Source: a virus
Virus record (IMG/VR): IMGVR_UViG_3300008113_000149
Coordinates: 3,970 to 67,969 of that record
DNA: 64,000 nt
Reading direction: 5' to 3' (one strand)
The notes under the pieces: generated by a model
Told to the model about the DNA's origin: nothing
Databases searched by the model: none
The model's input: only the letters and a program-made list of their open reading frames with translations
Made by a program: the position numbers and the translations under genes
Shown: positions 30,016 through 39,305 of the stretch, piece by piece
How positions within the stretch are numbered: position 1 is the stretch's first letter
Layout: every line of letters begins with the position of its first letter

Positions 30016-30624
30016 ATGAGTTATACAAGACAACAAATCGAAGCAGCCGTTAAAGCAAAAGGCTACAAGTATTTTGAAAACGGTGATTTCAACATCAATA
30101 TCATCGGTATTCGTAATTCATCTACTGGTAAGAAAGTTACCAATGTATTTGACGACCACTTGACTCTTTCTTACAAAGAAGGTGGTGTTTGGAAATTTTT
30201 AATTTGGCCTGCGACCACTGATCCAGGAACTAAGGGGGTTAAGGAATTCCACAACGCAGCAGGTGTTGCTCGTTTGGTTCCCGGCCAATACCCTGGTTCA
30301 CACCATTTGGGTTTACACCAAGGTAAGTACGAGGCTTTAAAACAGAAGGCTAACGTAAAAGTTTACCGTGATGCCAACCGCGATATGACTTACGATGAGT
30401 CTAAAATCCAAGAGGGTATTTTTGGAATCAACATCCACAAGGCTGGAGCCGATAGTCAGACTGTAGAAAACTGGTCTGAGGGATGTCAAGTATTTAAGAA
30501 AGCCGCTGATTTCGAAGCGTTCATGGTTATTTGTCGCAAAGCCGCACAATTGGGAGGAAATTCTTTTACTTACACTTTGATTGAAAGCAAAGACATTGTA
30601 ACTGAAAAAAGTACTACTGCTTAA
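30016..30624 (+). CDS. L,D-transpeptidase (YkuD)-like peptidoglycan enzyme, candidate endolysin
   Basis: GINIHKAG...WSEGCQV matches the HxX(14-17)SxGC catalytic pattern. Confidence 0.6.
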   Translation: MSYTRQQIEAAVKAKGYKYFENGDFNINIIGIRNSSTGKKVTNVFDDHLTLSYKEGGVWKFLIWPATTDPGTKGVKEFHNAAGVARLVPGQYPGSHHLGLHQGKYEALKQKANVKVYRDANRDMTYDESKIQEGIFGINIHKAGADSQTVENWSEGCQVFKKAADFEAFMVICRKAAQLGGNSFTYTLIESKDIVTEKSTTA

Positions 30625-30638
30625 TTCTGCGGTCTCAG

Positions 30639-33281
30639 ATGGCAACACCACTGGAAGTAATAGCGTCCGAATTACTTAAATCTGCCATCGATGCAGAGAA
30701 ACTATTTGGCAAAACAAAAGACCAATCCTACAAGGACAAGGCTGTTCGTTTACGCAGAATAGTTGTTAACTTACAAGAGTTAACAATCGGCACCAGTAGT
30801 GTTGCCACACTAAATGATTTAACTGATGTAACGATCAGTGCCCCGGCTAACGCACAAGTACTAACCTACAACTCCACCACAGGACAATGGGAAAATCAAA
30901 CTCCTGCTGGCGGTGGCGGTGGAGGGGACATGAGTAAAAGCACCTACGATACAGACAATAGTGGAATCGTAGACAAAGCAGAAGCCTTAATGACCTTGGG
31001 GAGAAACTCTACAGGGGCGACTTTATATAAAGGTACAGTAATCAGAATCCAAGGTTCGACAGGGCACCTTCCTAACTTTGTAAAGGCCCAGGGTAACAAC
31101 GATGCTAATTCAGCACAAACCTTTGGTGTAGTTGCAACGGACATAAACAACAACTCAGATGGGTATGTTATTGTTCAAGGAACGATTGATACTTTAGATA
31201 CTCGTTCAGTAGCGACACATCCTTTTACAGACGTTACTCTCGTAGACGGAGACATTCTTTACCTTCACCCTACAATTCCTGGATATCTTACGAACGTAAA
31301 ACCTTCGGCTCCTCAGCACTTAGTTTACGTAGGGGTCGTAACTAGAACCTCTCCGACAAACGGAACTATAGTTTATAGAATTCAGAACGGATACGAGTTA
31401 TACGAACTTCACGATGTAGCCATTGCCTCAGAAGTTAACAACGACCTTTTAGTTTATGAATCTTCTACGGATTTATGGAAGAACAAAAGCATATCTACCA
31501 TCTTTGGAGGTACTCCTTTGGTCTCAGTTCCTACCCTAGCTCAAGTAACCACAGCAGGGAACACCACCACCAATGCCATTACTGTAGGTGGGCTTGAAGT
31601 TAAGTCTGGGGCAATTTATGTAGCAAATACCGGAAATCACACCGCACAAGGTTATACGTTTAGAATTTGGAGTACATCCAATAACTTCACTTTAGATTTA
31701 AATGGAACTGGTAGTATAACACATCAGCAAGTTTTAATATTCGGCATTGGGAACGCTACTTCATACAATGAAGCCATGAGAGTAGCATCAACAAGGAACG
31801 TTCTCATAGGCACTACTACCGATGCAGGATATAAGTTAGATGTTAATGGAACTGCTAGAATAGTAAATAAAACAAACATAGGAAGTGAGACTGTTTCTCA
31901 AGGATCATTATACATTGGACATAACGGAACAGCTGGTGGAAGTAATGGAACCTCAACTGTATTCTTCGTGTCTCAGTTTGGAAACTACCCTTATAGACTA
32001 GGAGCTGAAGGTAACGGATATGACTTTTACTTAAGACAAGCAAATGGAGGTCAAGGGAGTATAAATATTGACTTTAGTGGATTAAATAGTATTTCTTACA
32101 ACATAACAAATACAAATGTATTAAATCAGTCTTTTGGAAAAAGCGTTGTTATAGACGCTAAAACGAGCCTTAACTCCTACTTAGCAATGGGAACACGCTT
32201 TGGGTTTAGCGACTCACTTACAGCAGGCGATAGTCCGTTGATATTCTTTAGATCAATGAGTGGCAGTTACTATGATAAAACATTAGATGCTGCCGTTACT
32301 ATTCGCAATGGTTTACCAACAGTTGCCGATAACAATATCACAAAGAATACAGCATATTGGTACAGGAATGGTTACATTGGAATAGGAACTTCAACAACTC
32401 TCTCTGCAACTAATACATTAAAAGGCGCAATTACTATAAACCAAGGGACAACAATAGGGTATCAGAACCTAAACCCTGGAAGTTTGTCGTCTGTAATTAC
32501 ATCTGGAACATCTACAACTGTAACATTTACTCCAAATAACGGAAATGTAGTTCCAGGATATGACATTATTGTAGGAACAATTATCACAGCCAACGGAGTT
32601 AGTAGAAGAGTAACAGCAGTAAATTACCAAAGTGTCACAGTTGATAGCGCAGTAGATTGGAGTGCGGGGTATAACTATACATACAGAAATCCATACGTAA
32701 GTATAGCGGATGGATCTACTCCAATTTTCGACATACTACCAAGTGGAAACGTAGCAGTAGGTACAACAACAGGACTTGCTAAATTCACAGTAGCAGGCTC
32801 AATCACTGCGGCCTCACTTATTGCAAGAGGAGTATACTTCAACAACACTTTAGTAGCAGCAGCAAACAATGACGTATTAGTAGGACTAGACATCAATCCT
32901 ACCTTTACTAATGGTGCGTTTACAAATGTTACAAGAAACTCGTTAAGAATACAAGGAAATAATGGTGGTAGCCACCCGTTATTGTCAGTATTAATGCCTA
33001 ATAATACAACAACCACTTGGTTATCTGTTAGAAATACAAATGATTATTTAGTAGGCACTGTTGCTGCTGAGTTTGGTGTTGCAGGAACTGCAGGTTCTTT
33101 TTTTACGGGTACTGCACAGGGGGATATTGCTTTTAAAGCATACAGTCAAGCAGGAACAAGTAAATTTTTTATCGGAGCAACAAGTGGGAGTGCTGCTCAA
33201 ATAGTTTTATTCCCATCAACCAATAATGTATCTATAGGAACAACCACAGACGCAGGATACAAACTAGATGTAATCAATTAA
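30639..33281 (+). CDS. tail fibre protein, N-terminal part (frameshifted into 33296..34846)
   Basis: LNDLTDVTI, ELHDVAI and TLAQVTTAGN segments; IGTTTDAGYKLDV repeats; the ORF ends in the middle of a repeat. Confidence 0.75.
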   Translation: MATPLEVIASELLKSAIDAEKLFGKTKDQSYKDKAVRLRRIVVNLQELTIGTSSVATLNDLTDVTISAPANAQVLTYNSTTGQWENQTPAGGGGGGDMSKSTYDTDNSGIVDKAEALMTLGRNSTGATLYKGTVIRIQGSTGHLPNFVKAQGNNDANSAQTFGVVATDINNNSDGYVIVQGTIDTLDTRSVATHPFTDVTLVDGDILYLHPTIPGYLTNVKPSAPQHLVYVGVVTRTSPTNGTIVYRIQNGYELYELHDVAIASEVNNDLLVYESSTDLWKNKSISTIFGGTPLVSVPTLAQVTTAGNTTTNAITVGGLEVKSGAIYVANTGNHTAQGYTFRIWSTSNNFTLDLNGTGSITHQQVLIFGIGNATSYNEAMRVASTRNVLIGTTTDAGYKLDVNGTARIVNKTNIGSETVSQGSLYIGHNGTAGGSNGTSTVFFVSQFGNYPYRLGAEGNGYDFYLRQANGGQGSINIDFSGLNSISYNITNTNVLNQSFGKSVVIDAKTSLNSYLAMGTRFGFSDSLTAGDSPLIFFRSMSGSYYDKTLDAAVTIRNGLPTVADNNITKNTAYWYRNGYIGIGTSTTLSATNTLKGAITINQGTTIGYQNLNPGSLSSVITSGTSTTVTFTPNNGNVVPGYDIIVGTIITANGVSRRVTAVNYQSVTVDSAVDWSAGYNYTYRNPYVSIADGSTPIFDILPSGNVAVGTTTGLAKFTVAGSITAASLIARGVYFNNTLVAAANNDVLVGLDINPTFTNGAFTNVTRNSLRIQGNNGGSHPLLSVLMPNNTTTTWLSVRNTNDYLVGTVAAEFGVAGTAGSFFTGTAQGDIAFKAYSQAGTSKFFIGATSGSAAQIVLFPSTNNVSIGTTTDAGYKLDVIN

Positions 33282-34846
33282 ATAATAATGGTTCATTGAA
33301 TACAGGTGGAAATGTTGTTGCGACAGGTGCTTCAAGTAGGTTAGGTAATTTTAGTATATTAACAACAGGTAACGCTTCTACTGGATTTGGTGTTTCTACT
33401 GAAGAATCATCTGTTAATTTTCAAGGAGATACGTTAGGAAGTACAACGATAGGCTCTCAATTTACATTTAGAAAATGGAATAGTACCACTGCTGCATTAA
33501 ATTTTATAAATTCTGGAATTATAAGAATTACAAAAACAGGTTTTAATAGTGGTAACGTAAATAACTTATCGGGAAATACTTTGTGGATTGAACCAACGTA
33601 TAATTTTAGCAATGCTTTAATTACGGGAACAACTGTAAGGGGTATTTACTACAATCCAACGCTTACAAGTTTAACCAATACTACCCACTACGGAATACAT
33701 ACAACTTCTGGAGGTGCTTATATTAATACAGCGTCACCAAACGCTTCGGCTGCTTTACAAGCCGATTCTATAACGCTAGGATTCTTACAACCAAGAATGA
33801 CCAATGCACAAGCATTAGCAATAGTTACACCTGCTACTGGTCTTCAAGCATACGATACCACCAACAACAAAAACTTAGTCTACAACGGAACTCTTTGGCA
33901 GAACATAGCAACTGAAAGTTGGGTAACAGGTCAAGGATACATTACTTCTCAACCTTGGACAGTAAGTGGAAGCGACATTTACTACAATACAGGCAACGTA
34001 GGTATAGGAACAGCATCTCCGCTTTATAAACTTCATGTATCAGGTACTGCTGGAGATATAGTCTATATATTAGCAACTTCTAAACTTCATATAAATGGAG
34101 CTGATCCATTTTTAAGAGTAAACAATGTTGGAAGTGCTAATACACACGGAATAAAAATTAGTTATAATTCTTCTGATACTCAAGGATTTCACTTATTATA
34201 TAATCCAGCTTTAGCGGTTGCTTATTTGGATAATACATACCTAGTTACCTCTGGACAACCTTATGGAGACATATACTTCAGGCAAAATGTTTCTGGTACC
34301 ATGACTACCAGAATGACTATTAAGGCTGAAACAGGCAATATAGGTATAGGAACAACAACACCAACAGACAAACTACACATCGTAGACAACACCAATGGTA
34401 ATAAGTTTGCAAGGATCAGTGCTGGTGGAAGTGATGCGAGTGCTGCATGGGTTGCACAGAACGACCAGGTCGACAACGTAGTGTACCGTGTGTTCAGTTC
34501 TGGAGTTTCGGGGTCTCAGATGGGAATAGCGTTAGCACGCAGTGCATCGTTGATGGCCAACCTCGGAGGAAGCGGTAAGTTCTTGCTCGGAACATACTCC
34601 AACACCGACTTTGTGATGGGTACAGGTAACGCAGAGAAGATGCGTATCGTAGACTCAACTGGTAACATACTCATTGCAACCACAACCGACCTAGGAAATA
34701 AACTAGAGGTAAACGGTGAAATAAACTCAACTGGATACAAAATAAACAATGTTTTAGGCTACACAGGCATCCTAAATATCCCAATGAATCCCCCTGGTCA
34801 GCAAAACGTTGATATACAGAGTGGAATTATCGTAAATATTTTCTAA
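33272..34846 (+). CDS. tail fibre protein, C-terminal part (no good start codon; probable continuation of 30639)
   Basis: GFLQPRMT, GNVGIGT and EKMRI fibre repeats. The frame is open from 33227 and has only a TTG start at 33296. Confidence 0.7.
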   Translation, partial: NQLNNNGSLNTGGNVVATGASSRLGNFSILTTGNASTGFGVSTEESSVNFQGDTLGSTTIGSQFTFRKWNSTTAALNFINSGIIRITKTGFNSGNVNNLSGNTLWIEPTYNFSNALITGTTVRGIYYNPTLTSLTNTTHYGIHTTSGGAYINTASPNASAALQADSITLGFLQPRMTNAQALAIVTPATGLQAYDTTNNKNLVYNGTLWQNIATESWVTGQGYITSQPWTVSGSDIYYNTGNVGIGTASPLYKLHVSGTAGDIVYILATSKLHINGADPFLRVNNVGSANTHGIKISYNSSDTQGFHLLYNPALAVAYLDNTYLVTSGQPYGDIYFRQNVSGTMTTRMTIKAETGNIGIGTTTPTDKLHIVDNTNGNKFARISAGGSDASAAWVAQNDQVDNVVYRVFSSGVSGSQMGIALARSASLMANLGGSGKFLLGTYSNTDFVMGTGNAEKMRIVDSTGNILIATTTDLGNKLEVNGEINSTGYKINNVLGYTGILNIPMNPPGQQNVDIQSGIIVNIF

Positions 34847-34855
34847 ATTTGTGTT

Positions 34856-35146
34856 ATGATCAAGATACAAGATGTAATCGTACCAACTAAGGGAACAGCA
34901 AAATACTTCAATGTTATTGCATTGAACTTCCCAATGAACCCTAGTTCAGTTACTTTTTACTGGCAGATTTTTTCAGAGGTATCTGAGCCCGCAGATCAAT
35001 CGGACGAGCAACCAACACTGAAACCTGGTGTATCGTTGATGGACGGCAACTTAACAATGGATCAAACAACTTACAATTCATGGAACAACGATGACACTTA
35101 TGTCATTGATTGGGCCTTATCGCAACTCGGATTTACTAAAATTTAA
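34856..35146 (+). CDS. small tail-fibre-associated protein
   Basis: GNLTM...YNSW...DTYVIDW.L.QLG pattern typical of small proteins following fibre genes; own promoter at 34844. Confidence 0.55.
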   Translation: MIKIQDVIVPTKGTAKYFNVIALNFPMNPSSVTFYWQIFSEVSEPADQSDEQPTLKPGVSLMDGNLTMDQTTYNSWNNDDTYVIDWALSQLGFTKI

Positions 35147-35149
35147 AAC

Positions 35150-35410
35150 ATGATAAACTTCAACAAAAACTTACTTGACCTCGAAGGAAAAGAAATCGAG
35201 GGAGCAAACATTGGCAAAATCGTAGCCCAAACACTGGTACAATCTTCAAAAGGAGACGCTTTAAAGTACTGGGGCTGGGCAACTAAAATGAATGCTGGCG
35301 AAGAATTGGACTTGGACAAAAGCGACACCGAGACACTCAAAAACTTTATTAAGGAGTCAGAAACATTGACTATCCTTACTAAAGCACAGGCGTTAGAGTG
35401 TTTTGAGTAA
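35150..35410 (+). CDS. small tail-associated hypothetical protein (possible chaperone)
   Basis: 86-aa ORF starting INFNKNLLDLEGK. Confidence 0.55.
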   Translation: MINFNKNLLDLEGKEIEGANIGKIVAQTLVQSSKGDALKYWGWATKMNAGEELDLDKSDTETLKNFIKESETLTILTKAQALECFE

Positions 35411-35421
35411 CATGACCTAAT

Positions 35422-36648
35422 ATGAAACTCTCCCTTAGGGCATCAATATCACTGGGTGTGGCCATTCTGATAATGATGGTGTTCTTTGGGGTACAGAGTG
35501 CGGTTGTATTTGGATATTTCGAACCGTCATTATTAGTTATAGAATTTGGGTATGGTTGCATCATTGCTTTCATACCCTTTTTCTTTTTTACGCTCATTGA
35601 ATTTGTTCGCAAAGCAAAATACAAATCGCAGTCTGTTGATGATACTTTAAAGGCAATCAACATATCAAACGCTTTGGTGGAGTTGGATTTGCAGGGCAAT
35701 ATTCTGAGTGCCAACAAAGTGTTTTGTGAAATTATTGGGTACTCGGTCTCAGAACTTAAAACGGTAAAACACCGACAACTCGTACCCGAAGTAAGCGACT
35801 ACGATTACAAAATGTTTTGGAGAAACCTACAACTAGGTTACGCAAACTCTGGTGAGTTCCAAAGAATCAGTAAGAGCGGGGAAATTGTTTGGATATACGG
35901 TAATTATAACCCAATCAAAGATCCATACGGTGAGGTGTATCGCGTGATTAAGATTGCCTCAGACATTACTGACAAAAAGAAAATCGAAGCAGAGGTTGCC
36001 AAGAAAAACAGTTATCTGGAACACGCCGCCAAGATTCTACGTCACGACATGCATTCTGGAATCAACACCTACATCCCAAGGGGATTATCGTCGTTGAAGC
36101 GTCGCTTGAGCGAAGAGCAGATTAAAGAAATGCGTATTGAAGGGCCGTTGAAGTTAATCGAAGAGGGATTGACACATACCCAAAAGGTTTACAAAGGCGT
36201 TAAAGAATTCACCAACTTGGTGAAAAAAGATGCACAACTGGAGAAGACAGAGTGCAATTTGAAAGATATTTTGCAGTCTTATCTGTCATCTACTTCATAT
36301 GAAAAACAAGTAGTTATCGATGAGATGCCTATTAAATTGGTCAATGAAAGTTTATTCTGCACCGCCGTGGATAACTTGATTCGGAACGGCCTAAAATATA
36401 ACGATTCGCCAACGAAGATCGTTCGTATCTTTGTTGAAAACGGTTACTTTGTGATACAGGACAATGGTCGAGGCATGTCACAGCAAGATTTCGCGCTGTG
36501 GTCTCAGCCTTACACCCGAAAGGAAGGACAGGAAGAAGCAGGATCGGGCCTAGGACTTAACATCTGTACTGCAATCATGGAAGAACATGGCTTCAAAATA
36601 GAAGTTGAAAAGTTACAAGTAGGCACAAAAATAAAATTAAAGATATGA
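35422..36648 (+). CDS. membrane-bound PAS-domain sensor histidine kinase
   Basis: Two N-terminal TM helices; PAS/PAC (ELDLQGNILSANKVFC...YNPIKD...DIT); H box RHDMHS; N box DNLIRNGLKY; G1 IQDNGRGM; G2 GSGLGL. Confidence 0.93.
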   Translation: MKLSLRASISLGVAILIMMVFFGVQSAVVFGYFEPSLLVIEFGYGCIIAFIPFFFFTLIEFVRKAKYKSQSVDDTLKAINISNALVELDLQGNILSANKVFCEIIGYSVSELKTVKHRQLVPEVSDYDYKMFWRNLQLGYANSGEFQRISKSGEIVWIYGNYNPIKDPYGEVYRVIKIASDITDKKKIEAEVAKKNSYLEHAAKILRHDMHSGINTYIPRGLSSLKRRLSEEQIKEMRIEGPLKLIEEGLTHTQKVYKGVKEFTNLVKKDAQLEKTECNLKDILQSYLSSTSYEKQVVIDEMPIKLVNESLFCTAVDNLIRNGLKYNDSPTKIVRIFVENGYFVIQDNGRGMSQQDFALWSQPYTRKEGQEEAGSGLGLNICTAIMEEHGFKIEVEKLQVGTKIKLKI

Positions 36649-37082
36649 TCGATTCTATATTACTGGTTGACGACGAGGACTTGTTCCATTTGGTGTTTGA
36701 AGATTCATGTTCATTATTGGACATCACGCTTTCTCTTCAGAGTTTGACTTCATCTGACGAGGCAGACCGCTTGTTCAAGAAGTGGTTCAACGAAGGCCCG
36801 GTAGAGGAAAGACCAGAGTGCGTATTTGTCGACCTTAATATCATCGGCTCATCTTTTGACGGAATTGAGTTGATTAGAAAGATCAATACCGAGTATGGCA
36901 ATGGTGTGGTGATAGGAATCATCTCGTCTTCTGACGACAAGCAGGAGATTGAAAAGGCCAAAAAGGTGGGGGCTCAGTTCTGGATCATCAAGTCAGACGA
37001 AATCGAACCCCGTCTAGAGGCATTCCGTAACGACTACGACGGATACAAAAACAAGACTGCTCCCTTTAAAGTGTACAAGTGA
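36645..37082 (+). CDS. single-domain (CheY-like) response regulator
   Basis: ILLVDDE, phosphoacceptor FVDLNI, ISSS and IIKS; no output domain; ATGA overlap with the kinase. Confidence 0.92.
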   Translation: MIDSILLVDDEDLFHLVFEDSCSLLDITLSLQSLTSSDEADRLFKKWFNEGPVEERPECVFVDLNIIGSSFDGIELIRKINTEYGNGVVIGIISSSDDKQEIEKAKKVGAQFWIIKSDEIEPRLEAFRNDYDGYKNKTAPFKVYK

Positions 37083-37627
37083 TAACCTTCAGCAAGGATA
37101 CCTGTAATGAACTGATAGCGTTATACAAAACCAAAAAGATATCGCTAGAAGGAAATATCTTAAAAGTCATTAAGGGTGGAGATGCTGAGTTTTCAAAGTA
37201 CATCGAGGAGGCAAAACAGCGGGACAACGATACTAGGCGGAAGCGATTAGAAATCACCAAGCAGGTCCAACAACAGAACAAAGATTTAACTGAGAGCCAG
37301 GCCGACAGGGACAAACTGATGGCTGAGTTACAGGTGTCTTTGGCGGAGTCAGAAAAACTAAAGAACGCGGCGGTTGAAGATTTAGAAACCCTACAGAAGC
37401 GAACTCAGTTTGAGTTGGTAGGATTGATTGTTAAGGTTGCATTAGGAGTAATCGGCACAGTTGCATTTTTGACATCTATTTTATACTTTTACGTCATATC
37501 TAAAGGATTGGATGCCAAGATCATAGAGAGCACTTGGTCAAATCTTTTTGGTATATTGCTGACGAATTCGTTTTCTATAATAGGAACAATCATGGGAGTT
37601 AAATACGCATCTGGTGAAAAGGGGTAG
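37079..37627 (+). CDS. coiled-coil protein with two C-terminal TM helices
   Basis: GTGA overlap with the response regulator; heptad-rich centre; hydrophobic segments LVGLIVKVALGVIGTVAFLTSILYFYV and LFGILLTNSFSIIGTIMGV. Confidence 0.8.
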   Translation: MITFSKDTCNELIALYKTKKISLEGNILKVIKGGDAEFSKYIEEAKQRDNDTRRKRLEITKQVQQQNKDLTESQADRDKLMAELQVSLAESEKLKNAAVEDLETLQKRTQFELVGLIVKVALGVIGTVAFLTSILYFYVISKGLDAKIIESTWSNLFGILLTNSFSIIGTIMGVKYASGEKG

Positions 37628-37937
37628 TCAAGAGTGGATAGACAGTATGAATCGTGCCTGCGATAGCCTTGTGGACATGATGCATGCGAGTCATGTTGAG
37701 GAGATGAATGAAATCGATGATGTGAGCGCGATGCAATCCTCAACTGTAGAACCATTGGATACAGATGCTAACTGGTATATGGGGGCACAGAGTTATGTAG
37801 TGCCTGCATTTTTTGTGATCATGCTGACCTTATTTATTTTTGGCACGATGACATTATTGGACACTCGCAAGGCAAATAAAAATAAACACAAGTTGAAAGT
37901 TTTGGATTTTTTGGAAGACGATAAACAATCAAAATAA
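37614..37937 (+). CDS. small single-TM membrane protein (start uncertain)
   Basis: Acidic N-terminus, hydrophobic VVPAFFVIMLTLFIFG, basic tail. Confidence 0.55.
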   Translation: MKRGSQEWIDSMNRACDSLVDMMHASHVEEMNEIDDVSAMQSSTVEPLDTDANWYMGAQSYVVPAFFVIMLTLFIFGTMTLLDTRKANKNKHKLKVLDFLEDDKQSK

Positions 37938-37957
37938 AAATTAATTATATTTGTATT

Positions 37958-38239
37958 ATGCAAGAAATATTCTCACGCACATTAGACTTTCAGAGCGGTT
38001 TAACCGGGTGTAGAGTCATCTCCAATACATCAGCAAACACTGGAGGATTCCAAGGTTTTGTGGTGAATTCAGACGCTGTTGTTGCTCAAGTATTAAATTC
38101 TGCGGGATCAGATATTACTTCTGCTCTTGGACTCACTGGAGTAACTATTAAACAAGGAATGTTGATTACCGCTGCTGAGGGTGCATTCTTCTCTTCAATT
38201 ACATTGACCAGCGGTAGTGTTGTTGCTTATCTGAAATGA
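37958..38239 (+). CDS. small beta-rich structural protein
   Basis: 93 aa ending in SITLTSGSVVAY; promoter at 37946. Confidence 0.6.
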   Translation: MQEIFSRTLDFQSGLTGCRVISNTSANTGGFQGFVVNSDAVVAQVLNSAGSDITSALGLTGVTIKQGMLITAAEGAFFSSITLTSGSVVAYLK

Positions 38240-39078
38240 TAGGAATTGGGTTAAATATTGGCAATCGTGTAATGGGCGGTGGAGGCGGTGCTCCTGCTTT
38301 TGACGTAGACGCTCAAGCCTTCTTTGACCGCGTAACCACTGCGGGTGGGACATTGTCAGAAACCGAAAAAACTGCAACCAATCAATTGGTACTTGATATG
38401 AAAACTGCGGGTATTTGGTCAAGTATGAAAGCCGTTTACCCAATGGTGGGTGCAAGTGCGGCAGCGTGTGCACAAAACTTAAAGAGCAGTTCTTTTACGG
38501 GTACATTTAGTAGTGGTTGGACTTTTGCGAGTACGGGGGTAACGCCAAATGGTGGGAGTGCGTTTATGAATACAGGTTTAAACATTGGTACAGAATTAAC
38601 ACAAACAAATTCACACGCTTCTTTTTATTCAAGAACTGCAAGTGATACCAGTCCCTATCCTACTGTCCTTGGTGCTTATGGTAATGGCTCATATACTCGG
38701 GCAATTGACTTGTATATTCGTAGACCAACGCCAGGCGACAAAGGAGGAGGACAATTGGGTAGTTTTACGACATCGGTAATCAATTATACAGAAACCGATG
38801 CACGAAAATTTGCTATATTATCAAGAACGAGTGCAACAAGTTTGAAGTATTACACGACAGGAATTTTAAGAGATACAAACACAACAAGCGACACAACTGG
38901 ATTCGGTAGTGTAACTGCTTACATTGGTGCAGGTAATTTTCAAAATCTTTCCGCACAAAACTTTTCAATTTTACAATGTGCTTTTGCTTCCATCGGTGAC
39001 GGCTTAACCGACACCCAAGCATCCAATTTCTACACCGCAGTACAAGCGTTTCAAACAACCCTTTCAAGACAAGTATAA
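38236..39078 (+). CDS. lectin/LamG-like virion accessory protein
   Basis: DVDAQAFF...LVLDMKTAGIWS...AVYPMVG start; S/T-rich beta core; YTAVQAFQTTLSRQV end. Confidence 0.55.
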   Translation: MIGIGLNIGNRVMGGGGGAPAFDVDAQAFFDRVTTAGGTLSETEKTATNQLVLDMKTAGIWSSMKAVYPMVGASAAACAQNLKSSSFTGTFSSGWTFASTGVTPNGGSAFMNTGLNIGTELTQTNSHASFYSRTASDTSPYPTVLGAYGNGSYTRAIDLYIRRPTPGDKGGGQLGSFTTSVINYTETDARKFAILSRTSATSLKYYTTGILRDTNTTSDTTGFGSVTAYIGAGNFQNLSAQNFSILQCAFASIGDGLTDTQASNFYTAVQAFQTTLSRQV

Positions 39079-39305
39079 TGTTAGGTTACACACTTACACC
39101 CGAAGAAAAGGATTTGATTCAAGGGCAGTATTACACGCCTTATCAATTTTTTAATTGCGTTCAAGACATTAACGGAACTTGGTTTTTGTTTCTTTCCGAT
39201 GAAGACAAACCCGAAGTTGCAATAACCGAATACGCTTGGGTTTTAGATTTACCCGAAGCCGAATACATACCACCACCAGCACCGCCATTCCCACCTACTG
39301 AATAA
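39078..39305 (+). CDS. hypothetical protein with a Pro-rich C-terminus
   Basis: 75 aa, coupled to the previous gene; contains FNCVQDINGTWF. Confidence 0.7.
   Translation: MLGYTLTPEEKDLIQGQYYTPYQFFNCVQDINGTWFLFLSDEDKPEVAITEYAWVLDLPEAEYIPPPAPPFPPTE

Noticed and set aside
30639-39078. Diversity-generating retroelement or invertible tail-fibre cassette
   Set aside because: There is no reverse transcriptase, no TR/VR pair, and no oppositely oriented fibre fragments flanked by inverted repeats.
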